Positions 16,407 to 24,000 of a stretch of 24,000 nucleotides of DNA are shown here, piece after piece. This DNA comes from Methanosalsum natronophilum (GTDB lineage: Archaea; Halobacteriota; Methanosarcinia; Methanosarcinales; Methanosarcinaceae): NCBI RefSeq assembly GCF_024808815.1, contig NZ_JANUCS010000003.1, positions 105,386 through 129,385 on the forward strand. The letters run 5' to 3'. How positions within the stretch are numbered: the first letter of the stretch is position 1; each line of letters starts with the position of its first letter. The notes below the pieces were generated by a model. The model ran no database searches and had not been told where the DNA came from. It saw nothing but the letters and a program-made list of their open reading frames with translations. The position numbers and the translations under genes are program-made.

Positions 16407-17546
16407 TTAATCTGTATCGTTTACATGTAATACTTTAGTGAGTTCAAGTCCTTTTTCCCCAATATCTAGAAGCTGTTTTTTGAGTTCATCTTTTGTAATA
16501 TATTTTTCAGTTCTTGTATCATCAGATTGCTGTATCTTAATAGCAATTTCATTTTTAGTGTATGCTCTACTTAAGCATTCTTTTATAATTTCGGCATAGA
16601 TGCCTGCAATTACTAAGAGACAGTCATATATTTTGTTACTAGAAATTGCATCTTCCTGATTTACATTAAGAGACGTTAGTTTACTTGACTTTATGTAAGT
16701 TTGCATGTATGTTTTCAGCTCCTTGACTAGCAGCTTTAAATTACTAATGTCAAGAGCTGCATACAGTTCTTTGTCCGAGGTTATGTTTGTGTCATTAAAA
16801 TAAACTGTGTAGCTGTCATCATAAACCGTGATTCTAAATTGGTTTTCATCATTATTATCTTTAAATAGAGCATCGACACTATTTCCATCAATGTTTGCGG
16901 AATATAAGATGAAATTTGATACATCAAATAACTTAACTTTATTTTCTTTATGAATTATTCCAGTGGCCTTCCAGGTAGGCAATGCTATTTTATCATGCAG
17001 CTCATTTACTTTTAGAATTTCATGTATGAATCTGAGTTTTAGTTTATAACTGATGTTTTTAATACTGGCAGTTAATTCTCCAACTAACACACTGTTATCA
17101 ATATAAGCACTATAAGTCTTTTCAGGATAATAGATATAGTCTGAAAAAAATGGTGTAAGAATATTTAATATCTTAGAATCAATTGCATTAATTTCGTTAT
17201 TAGTTTCATCCTGTATTTTATTTATATGCTGCTGAATTTGTTCTACTTCTTCTGATACAATCTTTTTTGATGCACTGATAATATTATTTTTTATGGAGCT
17301 AATTTCATTAAATTCATTAACATTATCTAAATGCTCTACATAATTAATGAGATATTGTTCTAATTCACTTATCTCATTCAATTTCATGTTATGTTCTTTA
17401 ACAGCTTTCTCTGCATCTTCATCAAGCTTTATCTTAGAGTTTTCTAAAGGTATTACTGCTTTACAAACATTTACAAATTCCTGAATATCATGAATAAAAT
17501 CACGTTGGACAGGCAATTTGGTAGAATCTTGATATGTGAATAACAT
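16407..17546 (-). CDS. Hypothetical protein with N-terminal coiled-coil, beta-rich middle and helical C-terminal regions; no family recognised
   Basis: 379-aa uninterrupted ORF in an AT-rich context. ATG preceded by TGGGGA (SD-like) 4 nt upstream. Has its own AT-rich promoter region and an oligo-T terminator. Residues ~36-135 are heptad-like, E/K/N/I-rich. Confidence 0.6.
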   Translation of the reverse strand: MLFTYQDSTKLPVQRDFIHDIQEFVNVCKAVIPLENSKIKLDEDAEKAVKEHNMKLNEISELEQYLINYVEHLDNVNEFNEISSIKNNIISASKKIVSEEVEQIQQHINKIQDETNNEINAIDSKILNILTPFFSDYIYYPEKTYSAYIDNSVLVGELTASIKNISYKLKLRFIHEILKVNELHDKIALPTWKATGIIHKENKVKLFDVSNFILYSANIDGNSVDALFKDNNDENQFRITVYDDSYTVYFNDTNITSDKELYAALDISNLKLLVKELKTYMQTYIKSSKLTSLNVNQEDAISSNKIYDCLLVIAGIYAEIIKECLSRAYTKNEIAIKIQQSDDTRTEKYITKDELKKQLLDIGEKGLELTKVLHVNDTD

Positions 17547-17610
17547 TTAATCCCCACGCTTTTAAAAGTTTATAAGAAATACGTAATTTATAGATAAAAG
17601 CTTTTTGTAT

Positions 17611-17637
17611 AAATAAAAAAATAGATATATATCTATT
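17611..17637 (-). terminator. Hairpin plus oligo-T terminator after tyrS
   Basis: Perfect 18-nt palindrome AATAGATATATATCTATT (17620..17637) starts 5 nt after the tyrS TGA. On the minus strand it is followed by a T-rich run (TTTTTATTT). Confidence 0.5.
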
Positions 17638-17642
17638 AATTT

Positions 17643-18596
17643 TCATTTCAACAAATCTCTTACTGGATTTAACAATAAGTTCATGTACTTAACAGCACCA
17701 TTTTTGAGATCCATTGGATGTAATTCTTCAGATTGGAACAACCCTTCTAATTCATTATAACTCTTGCATTCAATATTGCCACCATATTTCTCAGGCCGAT
17801 TGAATATTATTTCATCGTATCGAGGGAATATATGATACTTGAATAAACTCAAGACTGGATTATCATCTACCTGTCCCACAGGACAAAAAGCCTTTTTCAT
17901 TTTCCTAACTATGTCTTCCTCAGTATCATCAACTGAAATATAATTGTCTTTTGAAGACGCCATTTTAGATCCATCTAATCCTAGGAGTATTGGTGTATGA
18001 ACGCAAATAGGTGATTTAAACCCGAGGTTTGGTAAACCCTCTCGAGCTAACATATGTATTTTTCTTTGATCAATTCCACCAACAGCTAAATCTACGTTTA
18101 ACATTGCAATATCAATTGCTTGCATAATAGGATAGACCATCTGAGAGACTTTAGGGTCATCCATTTGTCTTCCAACTTCATCCATACTTCTTTTAGCTCT
18201 CTTTAGAGAAGTTGTACTTGTAAGTCTTAGCACATTAAGCATATATTCAGAATCTAATTGGAAATCAGAACCGTAAACAAATTTTGTTTTATTAGCATCA
18301 AGTCCTAGTGCGATAAAACACTCTTTATTGTAATCAGCTATTTCACGTACTTCTGCCATTGTTCCTTTTTTATTTAAAAATGCATGTACATCTGCTAATA
18401 AAACAATTATCTCAAAACCAGCATTTTGCAAATCTATTAACTTGTTTACTGTAAGAACATGACCCATATGAATCTTACCACTGGGTTCATAGCCAACATA
18501 AGCACTAGGATTTTCTTTTTGATTTAAAAGTGCTATAAGTTGCTCCTCAGTAACTATTTCTTGAACATTTCTCTTAATTAACTCGATCTTGTCCAT
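17643..18596 (-). CDS. tyrS: Tyrosine--tRNA ligase (archaeal type)
   Basis: 317 aa. YVGYEPSGKIHMGH (HIGH-type motif), KMASS (KMSKS-type motif) and GGIDQRKIHML. GGTGA SD upstream of the ATG. Confidence 0.95.
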   Translation of the reverse strand: MDKIELIKRNVQEIVTEEQLIALLNQKENPSAYVGYEPSGKIHMGHVLTVNKLIDLQNAGFEIIVLLADVHAFLNKKGTMAEVREIADYNKECFIALGLDANKTKFVYGSDFQLDSEYMLNVLRLTSTTSLKRAKRSMDEVGRQMDDPKVSQMVYPIMQAIDIAMLNVDLAVGGIDQRKIHMLAREGLPNLGFKSPICVHTPILLGLDGSKMASSKDNYISVDDTEEDIVRKMKKAFCPVGQVDDNPVLSLFKYHIFPRYDEIIFNRPEKYGGNIECKSYNELEGLFQSEELHPMDLKNGAVKYMNLLLNPVRDLLK

Positions 18597-18892
18597 TTGT
18601 TCACCACTGTATTATTGTAAAATGAATGCATACCTCAAAGAAAGATTTAAAATAATTATTATGTTACAGATATATTCAAAATAAAAGCATTTTGATATAA
18701 AATGATAGTGACTCTTGTTAACCTTAATTCTTAATAAATGTAGCGTACTTTATCCCCTTAATGGTTTATTTTAAATATGATTTTCTGTGAAAAAACTAAA
18801 ATAGTAAATGGTCTATAAGAAAGTAAAAAAATCAAACATACTATATAATAAAAAATAAATGTATTTAATTGGCACAAGTTTTGTAGTAATGA

Positions 18893-18897
18893 AGGAG
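18893..18897 (+). promoter_or_regulatory. Shine-Dalgarno AGGAG for the Kef-type transporter
   Basis: GAAGGAGT, with AGGAG ending 7 nt upstream of the ATG at 18905. Confidence 0.55.
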
Positions 18898-18904
18898 TAA
18901 AGCA

Positions 18905-20533
18905 ATGTTCTTTTTTGAAAACGTCTTTTACGAAATATCAATTTTAATCCTTTTAGCTACTGTTTTTGGCGCCATAATGTTGCGACTTAAGCAACCTTTA
19001 ATTGTTGCATTTATTATTATTGGAATATTAGTTGGACCTAGTTACTTAGGTTGGATTGAAGCCACTGAAGAAGTAGAACTCCTTGCAGAAATGGGTATTG
19101 CACTTTTGCTTTTTGTAGTAGGGCTCAAGCTTGACCTTCATCTCATACGCACGTTAGGCCCTATTGCTGTTGCAACAGGTCTTGGTCAAGTAATTTTCAC
19201 ATCAGTATTTGGGTTTTTTATTGCACTAGGACTGGGTCTTGATACAATTCCTGCACTATATGTTGCTGTAGCTCTGACGTTTTCTAGTACTATTATTATT
19301 GTAAAATTACTATCTGATAAGAAAGAAGTTGATGAACTTCATGGAAGAATTGCGATAGGTTTTCTTATTGTTCAGGATATTGTAGTTGTCTTGGTAATGA
19401 TCGGTTTATCCGCATTGGGTGCGGGAACTGCAGCAGAAAGTGACGTAACAGCAGAAATTATTTTCTTGTTCTTGAGTGGAATTGCATTTCTTGCAGCAAT
19501 AGCGTTCATGATGTTTTTTGTATTACCAACTCTACTTAGACACTTAGCTAAATCACAAGAGCTCATGGTACTTTTTGCGGTAGCTTGGGCATTATCCTTG
19601 GCTTCAATTGGTGATTATCTCGGGTTCAGTAAAGAAGTTGGAGCTTTCCTTGGTGGAGTTTCACTTGCTTCAACTCAATTTAGGGAAGCAATAGGATCCA
19701 GACTGGTTAGTTTAAGGGACTTTTTACTTCTGTTTTTCTTCCTTCACCTAGGTTCACAGCTAGATATGGGTATATTGGGAGATCAAGTAACACCCGCTAT
19801 AATATTGTCTCTATTTGTACTAATCGGAAATCCAATAATTGTTTTAACAATCATGGGAATCATGGGTTACAGAAAAAGAACTGGATTCTTGGCAGGCTTG
19901 ACTGTAGCTCAAATAAGTGAATTCTCTTTAATTTTAGCTGCATTAGGTTATAGCCTTGGACATATAGGTACTGATACTGTAGGAATGATTACACTTGTAG
20001 GACTAATAACAATAGGTACATCTACTTACATGATAATTTATTCGCATCAACTATATGATAGATTAGCACCCTACCTCAGCATTTTTGAGCGTAAGAAGCC
20101 TTCCAGAGGTCATAGTAACTTTGATGAACTAGCAAACGTGGATATAATCATATTTGGTATGGGTCGATTTGGAAGTAACATTGGGAAGAACTTAAAGGTT
20201 CGAGGTAGGAAAGTATTAGCTATAGACTTTGATCCAAAAGTGACAGATAAACTCCAGGAATTGAACTATGATGTATATTATGGCGATGCCGAGGATATGG
20301 AATATCTGAACACTCTTCCACTTAGTCGTACAGGATGGGTTGTTAGTGCTGTACCCCAGCGTCATACAAATCTAACACTAATGCGTGCACTTAGGGAGCA
20401 TGGATATAAAGGAAAAATTGCAGTTACTGCACACAATGAATCTGATGCAAGCTTCTTTTATATGGAAGGAGCCGACTTGGTCTTCATGCCATTTGTGGAT
20501 GCAGCTTCCAATGCAGCTGATAAGCTGACATAA
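18905..20533 (+). CDS. CPA2-family (Kef-type) monovalent cation:proton antiporter with C-terminal RCK/TrkA-N domain
   Basis: 542 aa. About 12 hydrophobic segments with Na+/H+ exchanger-like motifs (LLFVVGLKLDL, VAQISEFSLIL). A cytoplasmic Rossmann-type IIIFGMGRFG...DFD...GDA domain follows. Confidence 0.85.
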   Translation: MFFFENVFYEISILILLATVFGAIMLRLKQPLIVAFIIIGILVGPSYLGWIEATEEVELLAEMGIALLLFVVGLKLDLHLIRTLGPIAVATGLGQVIFTSVFGFFIALGLGLDTIPALYVAVALTFSSTIIIVKLLSDKKEVDELHGRIAIGFLIVQDIVVVLVMIGLSALGAGTAAESDVTAEIIFLFLSGIAFLAAIAFMMFFVLPTLLRHLAKSQELMVLFAVAWALSLASIGDYLGFSKEVGAFLGGVSLASTQFREAIGSRLVSLRDFLLLFFFLHLGSQLDMGILGDQVTPAIILSLFVLIGNPIIVLTIMGIMGYRKRTGFLAGLTVAQISEFSLILAALGYSLGHIGTDTVGMITLVGLITIGTSTYMIIYSHQLYDRLAPYLSIFERKKPSRGHSNFDELANVDIIIFGMGRFGSNIGKNLKVRGRKVLAIDFDPKVTDKLQELNYDVYYGDAEDMEYLNTLPLSRTGWVVSAVPQRHTNLTLMRALREHGYKGKIAVTAHNESDASFFYMEGADLVFMPFVDAASNAADKLT

Positions 20534-20579
20534 TAACGAATAGAAAGTATATCTAAATTAGCCCTGACATAGAAGCTGC

Positions 20580-21323
20580 TTATTTATTGTCACTAGTTTG
20601 GAATATGTTACATACCAGAAAATCATGGCCTTGTGGTGAACTGAACTCCGGAATGTCCCATTTCTGAACTATTTTTTGACGCTGTGTTATGGATTTGATA
20701 TTATCTTTTGGGTTATACCCTTCTACAAGATACCTATGTTTATATACAACAATTCCTTTTCTTTGCCATGAAGGTAGTTTTGCTAAATTAATACCGTCTT
20801 CAAACATTAATTCATGAATATAAGAAGAATCCTTATTTTTTAACAAATTAAATGCATCCTTTGGGCTCATGCCCTTTTTTATAAGAGTATAGTGTCCATA
20901 GGAATTGATATAATTCCTCCATGCTTCCCTTTGTCGCCATATAAAATAGTCAACAATTTTATCTTTTTCTACTGGTATAACTCTAGAATCAAAAGATATA
21001 GGCTCACTCAAACCCAGTTCAATTGATAATGAACTACTAAAATAACTTGGAACGATAGAATCTAATTTCTCAATCCTACCGTCAAATTCTAAATTCAAAA
21101 ATAAGAAACTAACTTCATCTGAAAAAGTATAAGATAATATGGGGTTCAACCCACTTTTCTTGAAAAAGCTCTCTATTGAATCAGCAAAACCTTTAGTAAG
21201 TCTAAAATCGTATGGTTTTTCAAAATCAAGCTTTTCTAATGTTTTCTTAAAATTTCTCCCATCGATACGAATTATAACAGGAGGTAAAGATCTGATATCT
21301 GCATATATTTCATTTTCTTTCAT
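20580..21323 (-). CDS. thg1: tRNA(His) guanylyltransferase Thg1-like protein (3'-5' nucleotidyltransferase)
   Basis: 247 aa. IIRIDGRNFKK, YTFSDEVSFL and WRQREAWRN motifs match the Thg1/TLP family. The ORF is uninterrupted. Confidence 0.85.
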   Translation of the reverse strand: MKENEIYADIRSLPPVIIRIDGRNFKKTLEKLDFEKPYDFRLTKGFADSIESFFKKSGLNPILSYTFSDEVSFLFLNLEFDGRIEKLDSIVPSYFSSSLSIELGLSEPISFDSRVIPVEKDKIVDYFIWRQREAWRNYINSYGHYTLIKKGMSPKDAFNLLKNKDSSYIHELMFEDGINLAKLPSWQRKGIVVYKHRYLVEGYNPKDNIKSITQRQKIVQKWDIPEFSSPQGHDFLVCNIFQTSDNK

Positions 21324-21341
21324 TTATTAATGCTAACCAAT

Positions 21342-21614
21342 TTATACTTCTTTTTCTTCTGTATTAGTCTTTTTCTTAAAGTTTGCAAATATGTCTCTTA
21401 TAAGAACTATATCAGCGGCAGTAATTACCCATCTATATGGAATTATAACTCCTTTTTCATTAATATCAAATAAATCTTTGTTTATTTCTGAAATTGCAAG
21501 CCCTCTTACTTTTCTTTCATTAATATCAAGAACTAAATCACTTACTTTACCTACATAAGTACCTGAGTTAGTGTATACGTTCAATCCAAACAATGAGGTC
21601 ATTTCTGTTAGCAT
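21342..21614 (-). CDS. PRC-barrel domain protein
   Basis: About 90 aa. LFGLNVYTNSGTYVGKVSDLVLDINERKVRGLAIS is a typical PRC-barrel N-terminus. The track start at 21617 is a TTG; the adjacent ATG at 21614 is preferred. Lies 18 nt upstream of thg1. Confidence 0.7.
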   Translation of the reverse strand: MLTEMTSLFGLNVYTNSGTYVGKVSDLVLDINERKVRGLAISEINKDLFDINEKGVIIPYRWVITAADIVLIRDIFANFKKKTNTEEKEV

Positions 21615-21773
21615 CAAATCCCCTGTAAATCTTTATAAATTGCTATTGGCTATATTTTATCGAATAATTCTAGGTATAGTTAAACTAGATGATTTAAATA
21701 TTTATATCATTTTGGGTATATTATTATATCTTCACTAAATGTCATTTTAAACTCTGTTATATACCTTTCAATA

Positions 21774-22700
21774 TTATTGTATATCAATTAACTCTATGCT
21801 ATCTTGAATGCTCACAACAGATTTACTTAATTGATTCATTTGCTCATCTGTAAGATTTAACTCAAAGACCTTTTCAACACCATCCTTACCAATTTTTGCT
21901 GGTACACCTAAATATATGTTCTCATAACCATATTCACCATTGAGATTTACCGTAGTAGGCATAATTCGTTTTGAATCTTTAGCCACAGATGCTACCATAT
22001 GAGCTATTGATGCTCCAGGAGCATAAAAAGCACTTCCCGTTTTGAAATGACTGACGATTTCTGCTCCTCCATTTATAGTTCTATCGACAATTGAGTCAAG
22101 GGTTTCCTTTTCAATCAATTCTGTGATGGGTATACCTGAAACAGTAGTATATTGAGGTACTGGTAGCATTAAATTATCATGACTTCCAATTACCATTGCG
22201 TTAATATCTTTCACCGAACACTCAAGTTCCATAGCCACAAATGTTGCGAACCGTGTAGAATCTAACATACCACCCATTCCAAAAACTCGATTTTTGTCAG
22301 CTTTTAAGATCTCTGAAGCAAGATATGTCATTGGGTCAAGTGGATTTGTAACTACGATCACAATCGCATCAGGTGCATATTTGTTGATGTTATTACATAC
22401 ATCTTTTATAATACCTGAATTTATTCTTAACAGATCTTTTCTATCCATACCTGGTTTACGCGGTACACCTGCAGTTATGACAACAATGTCAGATTCACTG
22501 ATATTACTATACTCATTAGTCCCAAGAATCTTAGTATCATATCTCATCAACGGTGCAGATTGTAGGAGATCTAAGGATTTACCTTGCGGAATTCCTTCCA
22601 CAATATCTACCATTACGATCTCACCAATTTCGAGCTCTGCAATTCTTTGTACAACAGTAGCACCTACATTCCCTGCACCTATAACTGATATTTTTTTCAT
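21774..22700 (-). CDS. mdh: Malate dehydrogenase, LDH-like family
   Basis: 308 aa. Has KISVIGAGNVG, ITAGVPRKPGMDR (Arg at the substrate-discriminating position, favouring MDH over LDH), VTNPLD and the GSHD catalytic His region. Confidence 0.92.
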   Translation of the reverse strand: MKKISVIGAGNVGATVVQRIAELEIGEIVMVDIVEGIPQGKSLDLLQSAPLMRYDTKILGTNEYSNISESDIVVITAGVPRKPGMDRKDLLRINSGIIKDVCNNINKYAPDAIVIVVTNPLDPMTYLASEILKADKNRVFGMGGMLDSTRFATFVAMELECSVKDINAMVIGSHDNLMLPVPQYTTVSGIPITELIEKETLDSIVDRTINGGAEIVSHFKTGSAFYAPGASIAHMVASVAKDSKRIMPTTVNLNGEYGYENIYLGVPAKIGKDGVEKVFELNLTDEQMNQLSKSVVSIQDSIELIDIQ

Positions 22701-23139
22701 GTGATTGTTCCTCTTTTATACGTAATTGTGTAATAACCGTTTGCAAATTATGCAATTATATAGCTACATCTGCACTTAAACTGGAATTAAAATTTATTTT
22801 TTATTTATGAACTAGTGATAGTGGACACTATTTAAGGATATTATATCAATACTATTATTAGATTTATCGATATTAACTGGATTTAATATATATTTTAAGT
22901 TACAAATAAGATAAGATTGGGATCTTAATAGACTCTATCATTTAAATTCTGGTTGAATGCAATATTCCCTTGATCTATCTAAAAATGAGCCAAGCCAGGA
23001 ATATTTGTATACTAATTCAGATCAATCTATTAATTATAGTTATTATCAGATAACTGTTACATTGAAACTTAAAAAGAAATGCTTTAATAAGAAATAATCA
23101 ATCCATGAGAATTATTAAATTTTAATGTTGTAGATTTTC

Positions 23140-24000
23140 ATGTATGATATCATAGTCGTTGGGGGCGGTCCAGCAGGATCAACAGCTGCCAGATATGCTT
23201 CAAGATTTGGACTTAAAACACTAATTCTAGATAAAAAGAAGTTTCCAAGACACAAAACATGCGCTGGCGCTGTCAGTGAATATGCTATACGAAATTTAGG
23301 TATACCCATACCAGAACATTTGATTGAAAAAGAGATAGTGGGAGCTAGAGTAGTTTATGGTTCATATTCTTTAGAATCAATAAAAGATGGTAACAGGGCA
23401 GCTATTACTGTACACCGTGATAAATTTGATATGTATTTAGTTGAGCAAGCAGTTGAACAAGGGGCTACTTTCATTGACGATACTGCTGTAAAAGAATTAG
23501 TATTCAATAAGGAATATGTTGAAGTGCACACATTGAATAAAATATATCATGCTAAAATAATAATCGGTGCGGATGGCGTAAACGGAGTTTGTTCTAAATA
23601 TGTGCGTGAAAGCTTATCCGTCCAAGAAAAAGCCTTTTCAATAGAGGCTCATGTTCCCACAAAATCATTTCCTATAAAAGATAGACGAACTGATGTTGTA
23701 GAATTTCATTTTGGTGATGTTGATAAAGGATATGGTTGGATATTTCCAAAAAAAGATTTTTTCTGTATAGGAATTGGGGAGATTGGGAACTCAGCTGAGA
23801 ATCCGTTAACATTTTATAAAAGATTTAGTTCCAAGTTAGGATTAGAATATGTTAAACCTAGAGGACACTCAATTCCAGTTGGCGGCTATAAAAGGAAAAC
23901 ATACAATGATAAAATATTATTAACAGGTGATGCAGCTGGTTTTGTCGATGCATTTTTAGGTGAAGGTATTGCGTATGCAATAATTTCAGGAAAAATAGCT
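23140..24000 (+). CDS. Geranylgeranyl reductase family FAD-dependent oxidoreductase (5' partial, continues past window)
   Basis: Translated by hand from the ATG at 23140: MYDIIVVGGGPAGSTAARYASRFGLKTLILDKKKFPRHKTCAGAV...IIGADGVNG...GYGWIFPKK...LLTGDAAGFVD. These are FAD-binding GxGxxG and GGR-family motifs. There is no stop before 24000, which is why the ORF track omits it. Confidence 0.85.
   Translation, partial: MYDIIVVGGGPAGSTAARYASRFGLKTLILDKKKFPRHKTCAGAVSEYAIRNLGIPIPEHLIEKEIVGARVVYGSYSLESIKDGNRAAITVHRDKFDMYLVEQAVEQGATFIDDTAVKELVFNKEYVEVHTLNKIYHAKIIIGADGVNGVCSKYVRESLSVQEKAFSIEAHVPTKSFPIKDRRTDVVEFHFGDVDKGYGWIFPKKDFFCIGIGEIGNSAENPLTFYKRFSSKLGLEYVKPRGHSIPVGGYKRKTYNDKILLTGDAAGFVDAFLGEGIAYAIISGKIA

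Noticed and set aside
22961-23025. Interleaved inverted repeats AATATTCC (22961..22968) / GGAATATT (22998..23005) and TTGATCT (22970..22976) / AGATCAA (23019..23025)
   Set aside because: Complementary matches of 7-8 nt in a 440-bp, very AT-rich spacer are expected by chance. I have no supporting conservation or GC-rich stem.
21139-23309. ORFs 21139..21330 (+), 22294..22704 (+) and 23115..23309 (-)
   Set aside because: The first two are antisense to thg1 and mdh. The third is antisense to the 5' end of the geranylgeranyl-reductase gene, whose GxGxxG FAD motif is read on the plus strand.

Overview
Low-GC (about one-third G+C by eye) archaeal chromosome segment, almost certainly from a methanogen. 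It encodes CofD (F420 biosynthesis), SepCysS (tRNA-dependent cysteine synthesis), aIF2-beta, uL16/L10e, RpoL, exosome Csl4, Dph2, archaeal-type Hpt, TyrRS and a Thg1-like enzyme. The aIF2-beta::TRAM fusion and the LDH-type malate dehydrogenase suggest a Methanosarcinales-like lineage, which I cannot verify here. I call 29 CDSs and one tRNA-Pro(UGG). One CDS, a geranylgeranyl-reductase-family gene at 23140..24000, is absent from the ORF track because it runs off the window. Coding density is high, many starts have GGAGG/GGTGA-type Shine-Dalgarno sequences, and several junctions are translationally coupled (ATGA/TTGA overlaps). I see no CRISPR array, transposase, integrase, prophage or recognisable defence gene, so this is a core housekeeping region rather than an accessory island. 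No convincing new system is visible. Observations worth a second look: (1) a coupled HD-phosphohydrolase / LpdD-like / UbiX / orphan ABC-2 permease operon, possibly a prenyl-FMN supply module; (2) an unrecognisable, AT-rich 379-aa coiled-coil protein with its own promoter and terminator; (3) a KaiC/RecA-like protein with degenerate Walker A and B motifs; (4) a K/R/S-rich N-terminal extension and start-codon ambiguity on Csl4; (5) a fluoride-export module (two CrcB plus DUF190) packed behind moaD-moeA; (6) a DUF1786-like ASKHA protein divergent from moaB. Family assignments come from motif recognition by eye and need HMM or BLAST confirmation.
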